A stretch of DNA of 64,000 nt from Oscillospiraceae bacterium. Its GTDB lineage: Bacteria; Bacillota; Clostridia; Oscillospirales; CAG-272. Below are positions 45,995 to 54,404 of this stretch, one piece after another. Each line of letters opens with the position of its first letter. The first letter of the stretch is position 1. The stretch is from contig SVTX01000005.1 in assembly GCA_015063545.1 (NCBI GenBank), positions 1,247 through 65,246 of the forward strand, read 5' to 3'. A program made the position numbers and the translations under genes. Below the pieces are notes generated by a model. The model did not search any database. It was not told the DNA's origin and was given only the letters and a program-made list of their open reading frames with translations.

Positions 45995-47734
45995 TTATCT
46001 CTCCACTATCTCTATAGCATTGAATTTGCAGTAATTTTTGCAAAGACCGCATCCGTTACACATTGTAGCGTCTATCTTTACCTTTCCGTCCTCACCGCGT
46101 GTCATTGCAGGGCATCCTATCTTCATGCACGCGCCGCATTTTTTGCATGCATCGGGGTTAACCTTGCACACATTTGGGAATTTCTGTCCCTTGAGAAGCA
46201 CGCAGGGAGCTTTTGCGATAATTACCGTAAGCGTATCGCCGTTAACGCTTTCCTTTACCACTGCTTCAAGTCTCTTAACATCAAATGAGTTTACTTCAAT
46301 GACATTCTTTACACCTACCGCGCGGCAAAGCTGTGCAAGGTCAATAGCATATGTGTCCTCGCCCTTAAGAGTTTTACCTGTAGCGGCATGCTCCTGATGT
46401 CCTGTCATACCGGTCGTGCGGTTGTCGAGGATCATTACAGTACCGGTGGCCTTGTTATAGACCATGTTTATGAGAGAGTTAATACCTGTGTGAAGGAATG
46501 TGGAGTCACCGATAACGGCTACCCAATTTTTTATAAATTCCTTGCCTTTGGCCTTTTCCATACCGTGAAGCGCGGAGATGCTTGCGCCCATGCAAACGCA
46601 AGTGTCTACAACGCCAAGAGGAGGAACTGCGCCGAGGGTATAGCAGCCGATATCGCCGCTTGCGTGGATCTTGAGCTTATTAAGCACCGAGTACACGCTT
46701 CTGTGAGGACATCCGGGGCAGAGAATAGGTGGACGGTTTGGGGTATCCTGCTTTTCAAACACCGTACCGTCAGTGCCGAATATTACGCGTCTGAGCATGT
46801 TTGCGCTGTATTCACCCTGCTTTGTAAAGCACTCTTTACCCTTTACATCAAATCCCCAAGCTCTCACCTGTTCTTCAATTACGGGCTCAAGCTCTTCAAA
46901 TATGTAGACTGTTTCCACAGAGGAAACAAATTCCTCGACCAGCTTTTTGGAAAGGGGATTGACAAGACCGAATTTAAGAACACTCGCGTTAGGGCAAGCT
47001 TCTTTTACGTACTGGTATGCGATACCGCACGTGATAAATCCTATCTTTTTATCGTTTATCTCCATCTTGTTGACGGGGAAAGAATGAGCATCGTTTGCCA
47101 TGCGTATCTCTCTTGCCTCTACCGCAAGGTGTCTGCCTATCGCGGAGGCGGGCATCATTACGTATTTGGAAAGATCGCGGTGATATTCCTTGTCCTCAAC
47201 CTCAACTCTGTCGCAAAGCTCAACTGCGCTTTGCGAGTGAGCAAGCTTTGTTGTGGTTCGGAGAATTACGGGGGTGTCGTATTCTTCGCTGAGCTGATAT
47301 CCGAATTTTACAAAATCTTTTGCTTCTTGGCTGTCCGCGGGCTCAAGCACGGGAACGTGAGATGATCTGCCTATCATTCTTGTGTCCTGCTCATTCTGTG
47401 AGCTTGCAAGTCCGGGGTCATCCGCAACTACAAATACCGAGCCGCCGTTAACACCCGTGTAAGAGAATGTGTAAAGGGGATCACTTGCCACATTAAGACC
47501 TACGTGCTTCATACACGCAAGACTTCTTACACCGGAAAATGACGCTCCGATAGCAACCTCTGCGGCAACCTTTTCATTAGGCGCCCATTCTGTATATACT
47601 TCGTCATACTTTGCGAGATATTCGCTTATTTCCGTACTCGGTGTTCCGGGATATGCGCTGGAGACTTTTACACCTGCCTCAAACGCGCCTCTTGCTATTG
47701 CCTCGTTTCCGAGCATGATAGTCTTATTTGCCAT
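45995..47734 (-). CDS. iorA: indolepyruvate:ferredoxin oxidoreductase subunit alpha
   Basis: 579 aa; TPP-binding GDSTF block; C-terminal 2x[4Fe-4S] ferredoxin motifs (CKKCGACMKIGCP; CNGCGLCKNYC). Confidence 0.9.
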   Translation of the reverse strand: MANKTIMLGNEAIARGAFEAGVKVSSAYPGTPSTEISEYLAKYDEVYTEWAPNEKVAAEVAIGASFSGVRSLACMKHVGLNVASDPLYTFSYTGVNGGSVFVVADDPGLASSQNEQDTRMIGRSSHVPVLEPADSQEAKDFVKFGYQLSEEYDTPVILRTTTKLAHSQSAVELCDRVEVEDKEYHRDLSKYVMMPASAIGRHLAVEAREIRMANDAHSFPVNKMEINDKKIGFITCGIAYQYVKEACPNASVLKFGLVNPLSKKLVEEFVSSVETVYIFEELEPVIEEQVRAWGFDVKGKECFTKQGEYSANMLRRVIFGTDGTVFEKQDTPNRPPILCPGCPHRSVYSVLNKLKIHASGDIGCYTLGAVPPLGVVDTCVCMGASISALHGMEKAKGKEFIKNWVAVIGDSTFLHTGINSLINMVYNKATGTVMILDNRTTGMTGHQEHAATGKTLKGEDTYAIDLAQLCRAVGVKNVIEVNSFDVKRLEAVVKESVNGDTLTVIIAKAPCVLLKGQKFPNVCKVNPDACKKCGACMKIGCPAMTRGEDGKVKIDATMCNGCGLCKNYCKFNAIEIVER

Positions 47735-47735
47735 T

Positions 47736-49034
47736 TTACTTACTCCTTAAATCCTTTACTCTTTTTGCCTTGCCCTCAAATCTCTGAAGTGTGTTGGGGG
47801 ATTCAAGCATTACCTTTGCGTCCAATCCGAGAATGACTTTTAATTTGTTCTTAACTTCCGACTTTATTCGTTCAAGCTCGGAGAAAGAGTCTGTGCTGTG
47901 TACGAGCTCGACCTTAATAGTCATCTTGTCCATGTATCCGTCTCGTTCGAGAATTATCTCGTAGTGAGGACCAAGCTCGGAAAAGCTGAGAATTACTTCC
48001 TCAATGGCACTCGGGAATACGTTTACACCGCGTATCTTTATCATATCATCACTTCTGCCCTCAAGATTTTCCATACGGCAGAAGGTTCTTCCGCACTTGC
48101 ACTTTTCGTAGAACAACCGCGTTATATCCTTTGTCCTGTATCTGATAAGGGGAAGTCCCTCTTTCTTTATGCAAGTGATTACCAGCTCGCCTTGCTCGCC
48201 AATAGGGAGAACCTCTCCTGTTTGCGGATCAATTATTTCGGGAATAAAATAATCTTCGTTTATGTGCATACCGCAATGTTCAAGACATTCGCCGGAAACA
48301 CCGGGACCCATAAGCTCGCTCATTCCGTAGTTTGAGGTAATGAGAAGGTCCTTGCCCCAGACCTTGTGCATTTCTTCTCTCATGGCATCCGTGAGAAGCT
48401 CACTTCCGACCAGAGCAATTTTTACTTTAAGGTCCTTTGAGGGATCAACTCCCATTTCGTTTGCTACCTCTGCCAAGCGAAGCGCGTAAGAGGGGGTGGC
48501 GACCAAAAGGGAGGTTTCAAAATCCTGCATGTACATTATTTGTTTTTGCGAATTTCCCGTAGATGAAGGCACGATAGCCGCGCCGATATTTTCAAGTCCG
48601 TAGTGCAGACCGAGAGCGCCGGTGAACATGCCGTATCCAAAGCATATCTGCGCCACGTCGTGTGAGCTTGCGCCGCCCATGCAGGCAATACGTGATACAC
48701 AATCTGTCCATGTTTCAAGGTCGCCCTGAGTATATCCTACTACCGTGGGCTTTCCCGTAGTGCCGCTGGATGCGTGAATTCTGACAAGCTTATCCTTTTC
48801 TACCGCAAAAAGTCCAAAGGGGTAGTTGTCTCTCATATCCTGCTTCGTAACGAAGGGGAGTTTCGCGAGATCTGACAAGGTTTGAATATCCTCAGGCTTA
48901 ACTCCCGCATCGTCCATTTTCTTGGCATACGCGGGAACTTTGGAATAAACCCTGTTTACCGTTTCCTTAAGTCTTTCAAGCTGCAATTTTTCTATTTCTT
49001 CTCTGGGAAGAGTTTCTTCTTTTGACCAGATCAT
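47736..49034 (-). CDS. phenylacetate--CoA ligase family protein (PaaK-like), copy 2
   Basis: 432 aa; [19 protein letters not shown] clearly diverged paralogue of copy 1; I did not compute identity. Confidence 0.85.
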   Translation of the reverse strand: MIWSKEETLPREEIEKLQLERLKETVNRVYSKVPAYAKKMDDAGVKPEDIQTLSDLAKLPFVTKQDMRDNYPFGLFAVEKDKLVRIHASSGTTGKPTVVGYTQGDLETWTDCVSRIACMGGASSHDVAQICFGYGMFTGALGLHYGLENIGAAIVPSSTGNSQKQIMYMQDFETSLLVATPSYALRLAEVANEMGVDPSKDLKVKIALVGSELLTDAMREEMHKVWGKDLLITSNYGMSELMGPGVSGECLEHCGMHINEDYFIPEIIDPQTGEVLPIGEQGELVITCIKKEGLPLIRYRTKDITRLFYEKCKCGRTFCRMENLEGRSDDMIKIRGVNVFPSAIEEVILSFSELGPHYEIILERDGYMDKMTIKVELVHSTDSFSELERIKSEVKNKLKVILGLDAKVMLESPNTLQRFEGKAKRVKDLRSK

Positions 49035-49052
49035 GACTGTACCTTTCTTGAA

Positions 49053-50597
49053 TTATTTTATTTCGTCCTCAATAGGGGCGTCGAATGCGTTGTAAATAAT
49101 TTCCTTGTCGGGAGCCTTTGTGAGAAGTGTTATTACCACTGTGACGATCACTGAGAATATCATGCAGATAACACCTATCAAGGGAGACGTCGCAACACCG
49201 TTCTTTATTGCCTGACCGAGCGTACAGCTCCAATTACCTTTGTCGTATCCGAAAATAAGAATAAGAGTCGCCGTAAGAATGGGGGACGATATGATGGATG
49301 CCCATACCGCGGGGCGAGAGACTTTTTTCCACAAAAGACCGATAACGAACGGGCCCATGAAGCAACCCGAAAGCGTACCCCAGCTGATACCCATCATGTA
49401 TGCTATCGCGGCAATACCGAATTTTTCGTTGAGAACCGCAATAACAACAGATATTGCAACGAATATAAGGCAAAGCACTCTCATGAGGAGATTCACCTTT
49501 TTGTCAGCGGCGCTCTTGTTGATCTTACCCTTGTATATGTCCACAGCCACAACGGATGCACTTGTGAGTGACACCGAAGAAAGAGTAGACATACTCGCCG
49601 AGAGAATAAGAACGGCTATAAGACCTATAAGTCCCGATGGGATAACAATGTTGAGCATTGTCGGAATGACCTGCGCGTCGTTGAGACCGGCTGTTTCGGG
49701 GAAGTAGTGGCTCAAAGCTCCTGTAAAATATGCTACGAATCCGATAAGAAGCGCAAACGCCGTGCTGACAATTATACCTTGCTTTATGGCTTTCTTGTCT
49801 CTTATAGCGTAGTATTTATGTATCGTCTGAGGAAGCCCCCATACACCGATCGAGGTAAGAAGTATCAGCGAGATGAGAGATACTGTCGTGCCGTAAAGTC
49901 CGGACGAGTTGTCATTTCCAAACGTGAACCACGTAAGGTTGGGATTGCTTGTAAGAGAAGAGATGTTCCATTGTATGCTTTCGTGATTCATAAAGCATAC
50001 TATCATGCAGACGACACCGACGATCATGATAATGCCCTGAACAAAGTCGGAAAGCGCGGTGGCAAAGTATCCGCCAAAGCACAAGTAAAGCGCTGTCAGT
50101 GCCGCAAGCGCGACCATTACTATCCAACCCTCAATTCCGAACACGATTTCGAATAGCGTGCTCAGTCCGTTGTATACAGATGCGGAGTAGGGAATGAGAA
50201 AGATAAATATAAGCACGGCAGCTACCAGCTTGATGCCTTGACTTCCGTATCTTTTTTCGAAAAATTCGGGCATGGTCTTAGCGCCAAGTCTCTTTGTCAT
50301 ATTTCTTGTTCTCTTGGCAAGCACCAGCCATGCGATAAGTGTACCGAGAATAGCATTGCCTACACCTATCCATATTGATGCCAGACCAAACGAGCGTCCG
50401 AACTGACCTGCGTAACCTATAAATATAACTGCGGAAAAATATGTAGTTCCGTATGCAAACGCCGTCATCCAGCCGTTAAGGCCTTTTTTTCCGGCCAAAA
50501 GGAAATCGTTTACCGATCCCGATCGGTTTTTTGTGATGAACGCGATAGCAATCATGGATAGCGCGTATAGTCCGAGAATGATGTAGTCAAGTACCAT
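49053..50597 (-). CDS. sodium:solute symporter (SSS) family transporter
   Basis: 514 aa with about 13 TM helices. The N-terminus and GLNGWMTAFAYGTTYFSA block are typical of the SSS family. Confidence 0.75.
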   Translation of the reverse strand: MVLDYIILGLYALSMIAIAFITKNRSGSVNDFLLAGKKGLNGWMTAFAYGTTYFSAVIFIGYAGQFGRSFGLASIWIGVGNAILGTLIAWLVLAKRTRNMTKRLGAKTMPEFFEKRYGSQGIKLVAAVLIFIFLIPYSASVYNGLSTLFEIVFGIEGWIVMVALAALTALYLCFGGYFATALSDFVQGIIMIVGVVCMIVCFMNHESIQWNISSLTSNPNLTWFTFGNDNSSGLYGTTVSLISLILLTSIGVWGLPQTIHKYYAIRDKKAIKQGIIVSTAFALLIGFVAYFTGALSHYFPETAGLNDAQVIPTMLNIVIPSGLIGLIAVLILSASMSTLSSVSLTSASVVAVDIYKGKINKSAADKKVNLLMRVLCLIFVAISVVIAVLNEKFGIAAIAYMMGISWGTLSGCFMGPFVIGLLWKKVSRPAVWASIISSPILTATLILIFGYDKGNWSCTLGQAIKNGVATSPLIGVICMIFSVIVTVVITLLTKAPDKEIIYNAFDAPIEDEIK

Positions 50598-50672
50598 AGT
50601 AAACTCCGGGTGCTGTAGTTTGCATGCCGAGGCATGTTTTAGCGATTTAATATAATAAAATATTATATCACG

Positions 50673-50701
50673 ATTATATCACACTATTTTTACGTTGTCA
50701 A
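50673..50701 (-). promoter_or_regulatory. sigma-A type promoter of the transporter-paaK-iorAB operon
   Basis: On the minus strand: TTGACA (complement of 50696-50701), 17 nt, TATAAT (complement of 50673-50678). Confidence 0.6.
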
Positions 50702-50858
50702 TAATTTAACGATACATTTATGGCGAAAAAGGGAGAAAAATACGTCACAAATGGATCATGTTTTCCCGATTTACAAACTTTCAAGGAAAAACGGCAAATG
50801 CGCTCTGCGCATCAAAGCAGAACGCATTTGTGAAACTCAATTATTTGCATAAGTTGTG

Positions 50859-51383
50859 TTAGTCTTTGCCGTCGAAAAGGAATGAAAATTCAGTTCTGCC
50901 GTTTTCGACTGAGAGTGCAAGATCTTTGAGTGCGGGCAGCATTTCGCAACACAGATCTGTGTACCAATCGTAAGTTTCCAAAATATATCTGCGTTTGAAC
51001 TTTTCGTCAGTAACCTTAGCGCAACGAATATTGTGCAGACGGTCAGCTGCTTTGACTACACGGGAGATGTTGTTGTTTTTTATTTGCTCGACGTATTCGC
51101 TCATAACATAAGGCTTGGATTTGGTAAGCAATTTTACGGCAGAAAGCACCTTTTTGCCACCGATTTTTTTGATCTCTTTTTCCGTCGCATCGGTATCTTC
51201 AAGCAGATCATGGAAAAGTGCGGTAAGAACGTAATTTTTTCCGTATCCCCAATCCTCGACCAACTGCGCGACGGCTATAGGATGAGTTATATACGCATCA
51301 CCGCCGATGCGTGTTTGTCCCTTATGTTTTTGCGTGGCGAAATCCAACGCCTTGCGATATTTTTTTGATTTGGAGAAGTTCAT
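50859..51383 (-). CDS. HD-domain (RelA/SpoT hydrolase-like) protein, possible small alarmone hydrolase
   Basis: ALDFATQKHKGQTRIGGDAYITHPIAVA and LFHDLLEDT motifs. No synthetase domain. Start at MNFSKS. Confidence 0.7.
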   Translation of the reverse strand: MNFSKSKKYRKALDFATQKHKGQTRIGGDAYITHPIAVAQLVEDWGYGKNYVLTALFHDLLEDTDATEKEIKKIGGKKVLSAVKLLTKSKPYVMSEYVEQIKNNNISRVVKAADRLHNIRCAKVTDEKFKRRYILETYDWYTDLCCEMLPALKDLALSVENGRTEFSFLFDGKD

Positions 51384-51614
51384 TTTTCCTCGTAATAACA
51401 AGTCTGTCAAACAGATTGGCAAGCACTTGTTTTCGTGTTATTGAATTTTATATTGCAATTTTTTTGCCTTTGATGTATAATGCTTATATATGACCTCAAA
51501 GTCATGAATACATTATAACAAACTTTGGATTTCAAGTCAATAGAGTGTCGAAATTTAAGATGCTTGTTTGGGCTTTTTGAAACAACAAAATCAAAAAAAG
51601 TCGAGGATTTAGGG

Positions 51615-52325
51615 ATGTTTGATTTTAAAAACAAAGTCGCGGTCATCACGGGCGGCGCGCAGGGAATAGGAAAATGCATATGTGAAAAATTTAGAGAGGC
51701 GGGAGCCTTTGTCTGTACGATAGATTTGCAGGACAATGATTTTTTCGTAGGAGATATTTCGGATAAAAACACGCTTGAGAGCTTTGCCAAAAAGGTAATT
51801 GATACATATGGACACGTTGATTTTCTTATAAACAATGCCGCGCCCGTAATGTGCGGAATAGATAGCGGAAGCTATGAAGATTTTGAATATGCCCTGCGTG
51901 TGGGAGTAACAGCGCCGTTTTATCTTTCAAAGCTTTTTGCGCCTTACTTTCCTGCGGGCGCAAGTATAGTGAATATTTCCTCGTCGAGAGACAGAATGAG
52001 CCAGCCGCAGACAGAAAGCTACACGGCGGCAAAAGGGGGAATTTCCGCATTGACACACGCACTTGCGATAAGCCTTTCGGGCAAGGTTCGCGTCAACTCC
52101 ATTTCACCCGGATGGATAGATAACAACTATTCCGCATATGAGGGCGCAGATGCCACTCAGCATCCCGCGGGCAGAGTGGGACTTCCTCCCGATATTGCAA
52201 ACATGGTGATGTACCTTTGCTCAGACATGTCCGGATTTATTACCGGCGAAAATATTTGTATCGACGGTGGCATGACAAAGCAGATGATATATCATGCGGA
52301 TAACGGTTGGAGCTTGGAAGAATAA
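51615..52325 (+). CDS. SDR-family oxidoreductase
   Basis: TGGAQGIG cofactor motif, NNAA, catalytic YTAAK. Promoter TTGCAA 51453-51458 / TATAAT 51476-51481. Confidence 0.85.
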   Translation: MFDFKNKVAVITGGAQGIGKCICEKFREAGAFVCTIDLQDNDFFVGDISDKNTLESFAKKVIDTYGHVDFLINNAAPVMCGIDSGSYEDFEYALRVGVTAPFYLSKLFAPYFPAGASIVNISSSRDRMSQPQTESYTAAKGGISALTHALAISLSGKVRVNSISPGWIDNNYSAYEGADATQHPAGRVGLPPDIANMVMYLCSDMSGFITGENICIDGGMTKQMIYHADNGWSLEE

Positions 52326-52402
52326 AGAGTATAGGTGTGTCCTTATGTCTGCGACACTATAAGCGAGGATTTTTTGTTGAATCGATCTTTTTTATAAATC
52401 GA

Positions 52403-52431
52403 TTGACAAAATACGAAAATGGGTGTATAAT
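52403..52431 (+). promoter_or_regulatory. sigma-A type promoter of the LuxR-type regulator gene, overlapped by an inverted repeat
   Basis: TTGACA (52403-52408), 17 nt, TATAAT (52426-52431). The inverted repeat AATCGAT-N11-ATCGATT (52380-52404) overlaps the -35. Confidence 0.55.
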
Positions 52432-52564
52432 GCAAAGGAAGTAATATTCGCGCGAGCGAATGAAATCAAACGCGCGATTGTTCGCAAGGACGAGCAAAAG
52501 GGGTGTTGAATAATTCGCAAATGGGAATAATTACAACTTTGATTTGTGTTTTTGGAGAGAAAAG

Positions 52565-53812
52565 ATGGAATATATTACAGTTAATCAAGCGGCTGAAAAG
52601 TGGGGGATTTCTACTCGCCGTGTTCAGATACTTTGCGGTAGCGACAGAATAAAGGGCGCGGTGCGCTTTGGTCAGAACTGGATGATTCCTGCGAATGCGG
52701 AGCGCCCGGTGGACGGAAGAAGCAATCGGTATGCAAAAAAACAGTCGGAACAACAGAATGTTGACATGCCAATGCCACGAAAAACACCGTTTTTACATAT
52801 GACCGACCTGTATAGTATTCCGGGAAGCGCCGACCGCGTGGCAGAGTCTCTTTTGGACAATCACGAGGCACAGGTGCTGTTTGAAGCTGAGATCGCCTAT
52901 TCTCGCGGTAATATTGATAAGGTGTACGAGAGTGCAAATTACCTTTTGCAAAAGCACTCCGGTTTTTATGCGGTGATAGGTGCAGGAATGCTGCTCGCGC
53001 TTTGCGCTATTTGGAAGGGCGATATTTATATGTGGCGCAGAGCAAAGGTCCATATTGCGGAAGCGCCCACTAAAAACGACTATGACAGAGATATAATTTC
53101 ATTTTCAATTACGGCAGTTGACAGCATGCTATACGATGTTCAAAACTTTCCGGAATGGTTTAAGATAGGATGTTTTGAGCCGTTGCACAAAGACTCTATG
53201 CCCGCCGCGAAGGTTTTCTATGCTAAATTTCTGTATGCCGTAGGATACGCGGTAGCAACCAAAGAAATTGCACTTGAAGGTGTTCAGGGACTTGCGCTAC
53301 TGTCGATGGTGCCGGCTACGATAGAGCCGATGATATCTTGGGCTGTTGCTGACAGAACCACGATTTCAGAGATCTACCTTCGAATGACCTGCGCCGCAGT
53401 TTACCACAATAGCGGTAATGACGCACAGGCGATACATCATATTGATCGTGCGATTACCCTTGCTTTGCCCGATAAGCTCTATGGAATTCTTGCCGAATAC
53501 GGACGCACTTTGGATTCCTTATTGGAGCAACGCTTGTCAAAGGCTGATGCAAAGGCTTGGGATGAGGTAAACAAGCTGTATAAAACATACAAAGAGGGTT
53601 GGTCAAGACTGAGTGGAAACGTTCGCGGAAAAACGATCATTACTACACTCTCGCCCAAGGAGCGTGAGGTTGCTAAGCTTGCCGCGTTTGGTATGAAAAA
53701 TGCTGAAATTGCACAAAAGCTCCATATGTCCATTTCGGGTGTAAAGCAGGCAATTACTAAGGTATCTCAAAAGTCCGGTATGGATAGAGAAGAATTTGCC
53801 GCAATACTGTAA
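52565..53812 (+). CDS. transcriptional regulator with N-terminal excisionase/MerR-type HTH and C-terminal LuxR-type HTH
   Basis: N-terminus YITVNQAAEKWGISTRRVQILCGSDRIKGAVRFGQNWMIP. C-terminus LSPKEREVAKLAAFGMKNAEIAQKLHMSISGVKQAITKV. The middle is helical. Confidence 0.75.
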   Translation: MEYITVNQAAEKWGISTRRVQILCGSDRIKGAVRFGQNWMIPANAERPVDGRSNRYAKKQSEQQNVDMPMPRKTPFLHMTDLYSIPGSADRVAESLLDNHEAQVLFEAEIAYSRGNIDKVYESANYLLQKHSGFYAVIGAGMLLALCAIWKGDIYMWRRAKVHIAEAPTKNDYDRDIISFSITAVDSMLYDVQNFPEWFKIGCFEPLHKDSMPAAKVFYAKFLYAVGYAVATKEIALEGVQGLALLSMVPATIEPMISWAVADRTTISEIYLRMTCAAVYHNSGNDAQAIHHIDRAITLALPDKLYGILAEYGRTLDSLLEQRLSKADAKAWDEVNKLYKTYKEGWSRLSGNVRGKTIITTLSPKEREVAKLAAFGMKNAEIAQKLHMSISGVKQAITKVSQKSGMDREEFAAIL

Positions 53813-53976
53813 AATTGTGTCCTTTTGGAAGTAAAAAAGGACAGAAATTTTCAAAAAAATTGTACTAAAAAAATTCATTTAGGTAGTCCTCCCAAATAAA
53901 AAAATCTGCTATACTGTTATCAGGCTGAAAAGTATGGCAGATTTTTCTTTTTGACAAAATGCCGAAAGGAGCAAAT

Positions 53977-54327
53977 ATGTTTACTAAATGGTTTGGATTT
54001 AATGAGGACACAAAACAACACACCCCAAGGGAGGGCGATCTGTTCAAAGTGATCGAGCTTCACGGAGCAAGATTTGAGATCAAGTACGGATATTACGATG
54101 ATATTGAAAGGCAACACGAACCGATGGAAATATATCCCGACTTTATAAAAAGTCCGGTATATACTAATGACGGATTTCCATTTGTTACCTTGATGCAGGA
54201 TGCTTGTCAAAGCTATAAAACAATTGACAACAACCTTGATCGCGATTGCAGTTCTTGCATATACATGGAGCGAGGCGACGAGCTTATTGCCGTATGCAGA
54301 TGCCAAAAAAACAAACGCGATACATAG
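53977..54327 (+). CDS. small hypothetical protein (116 aa)
   Basis: Good RBS (AAAGGAG) 5 nt before ATG 53977. Contains a CSSC...CRC cysteine cluster. No family recognised. Confidence 0.45.
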   Translation: MFTKWFGFNEDTKQHTPREGDLFKVIELHGARFEIKYGYYDDIERQHEPMEIYPDFIKSPVYTNDGFPFVTLMQDACQSYKTIDNNLDRDCSSCIYMERGDELIAVCRCQKNKRDT

Positions 54328-54404
54328 AACGGTACAGTGGTATTGCGCATTATAAATAATAAAATGAAAATTGTTTTCGATAAACATTCAGCAGGAGGTG
54401 CTAA

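Noticed and set aside
51407-51835. 142-aa minus-strand ORF spanning the HD-gene/SDR-gene intergenic region.
   Set aside because: It overlaps the SDR promoter, leader and N-terminal coding region in antisense. It has no RBS and no motifs.
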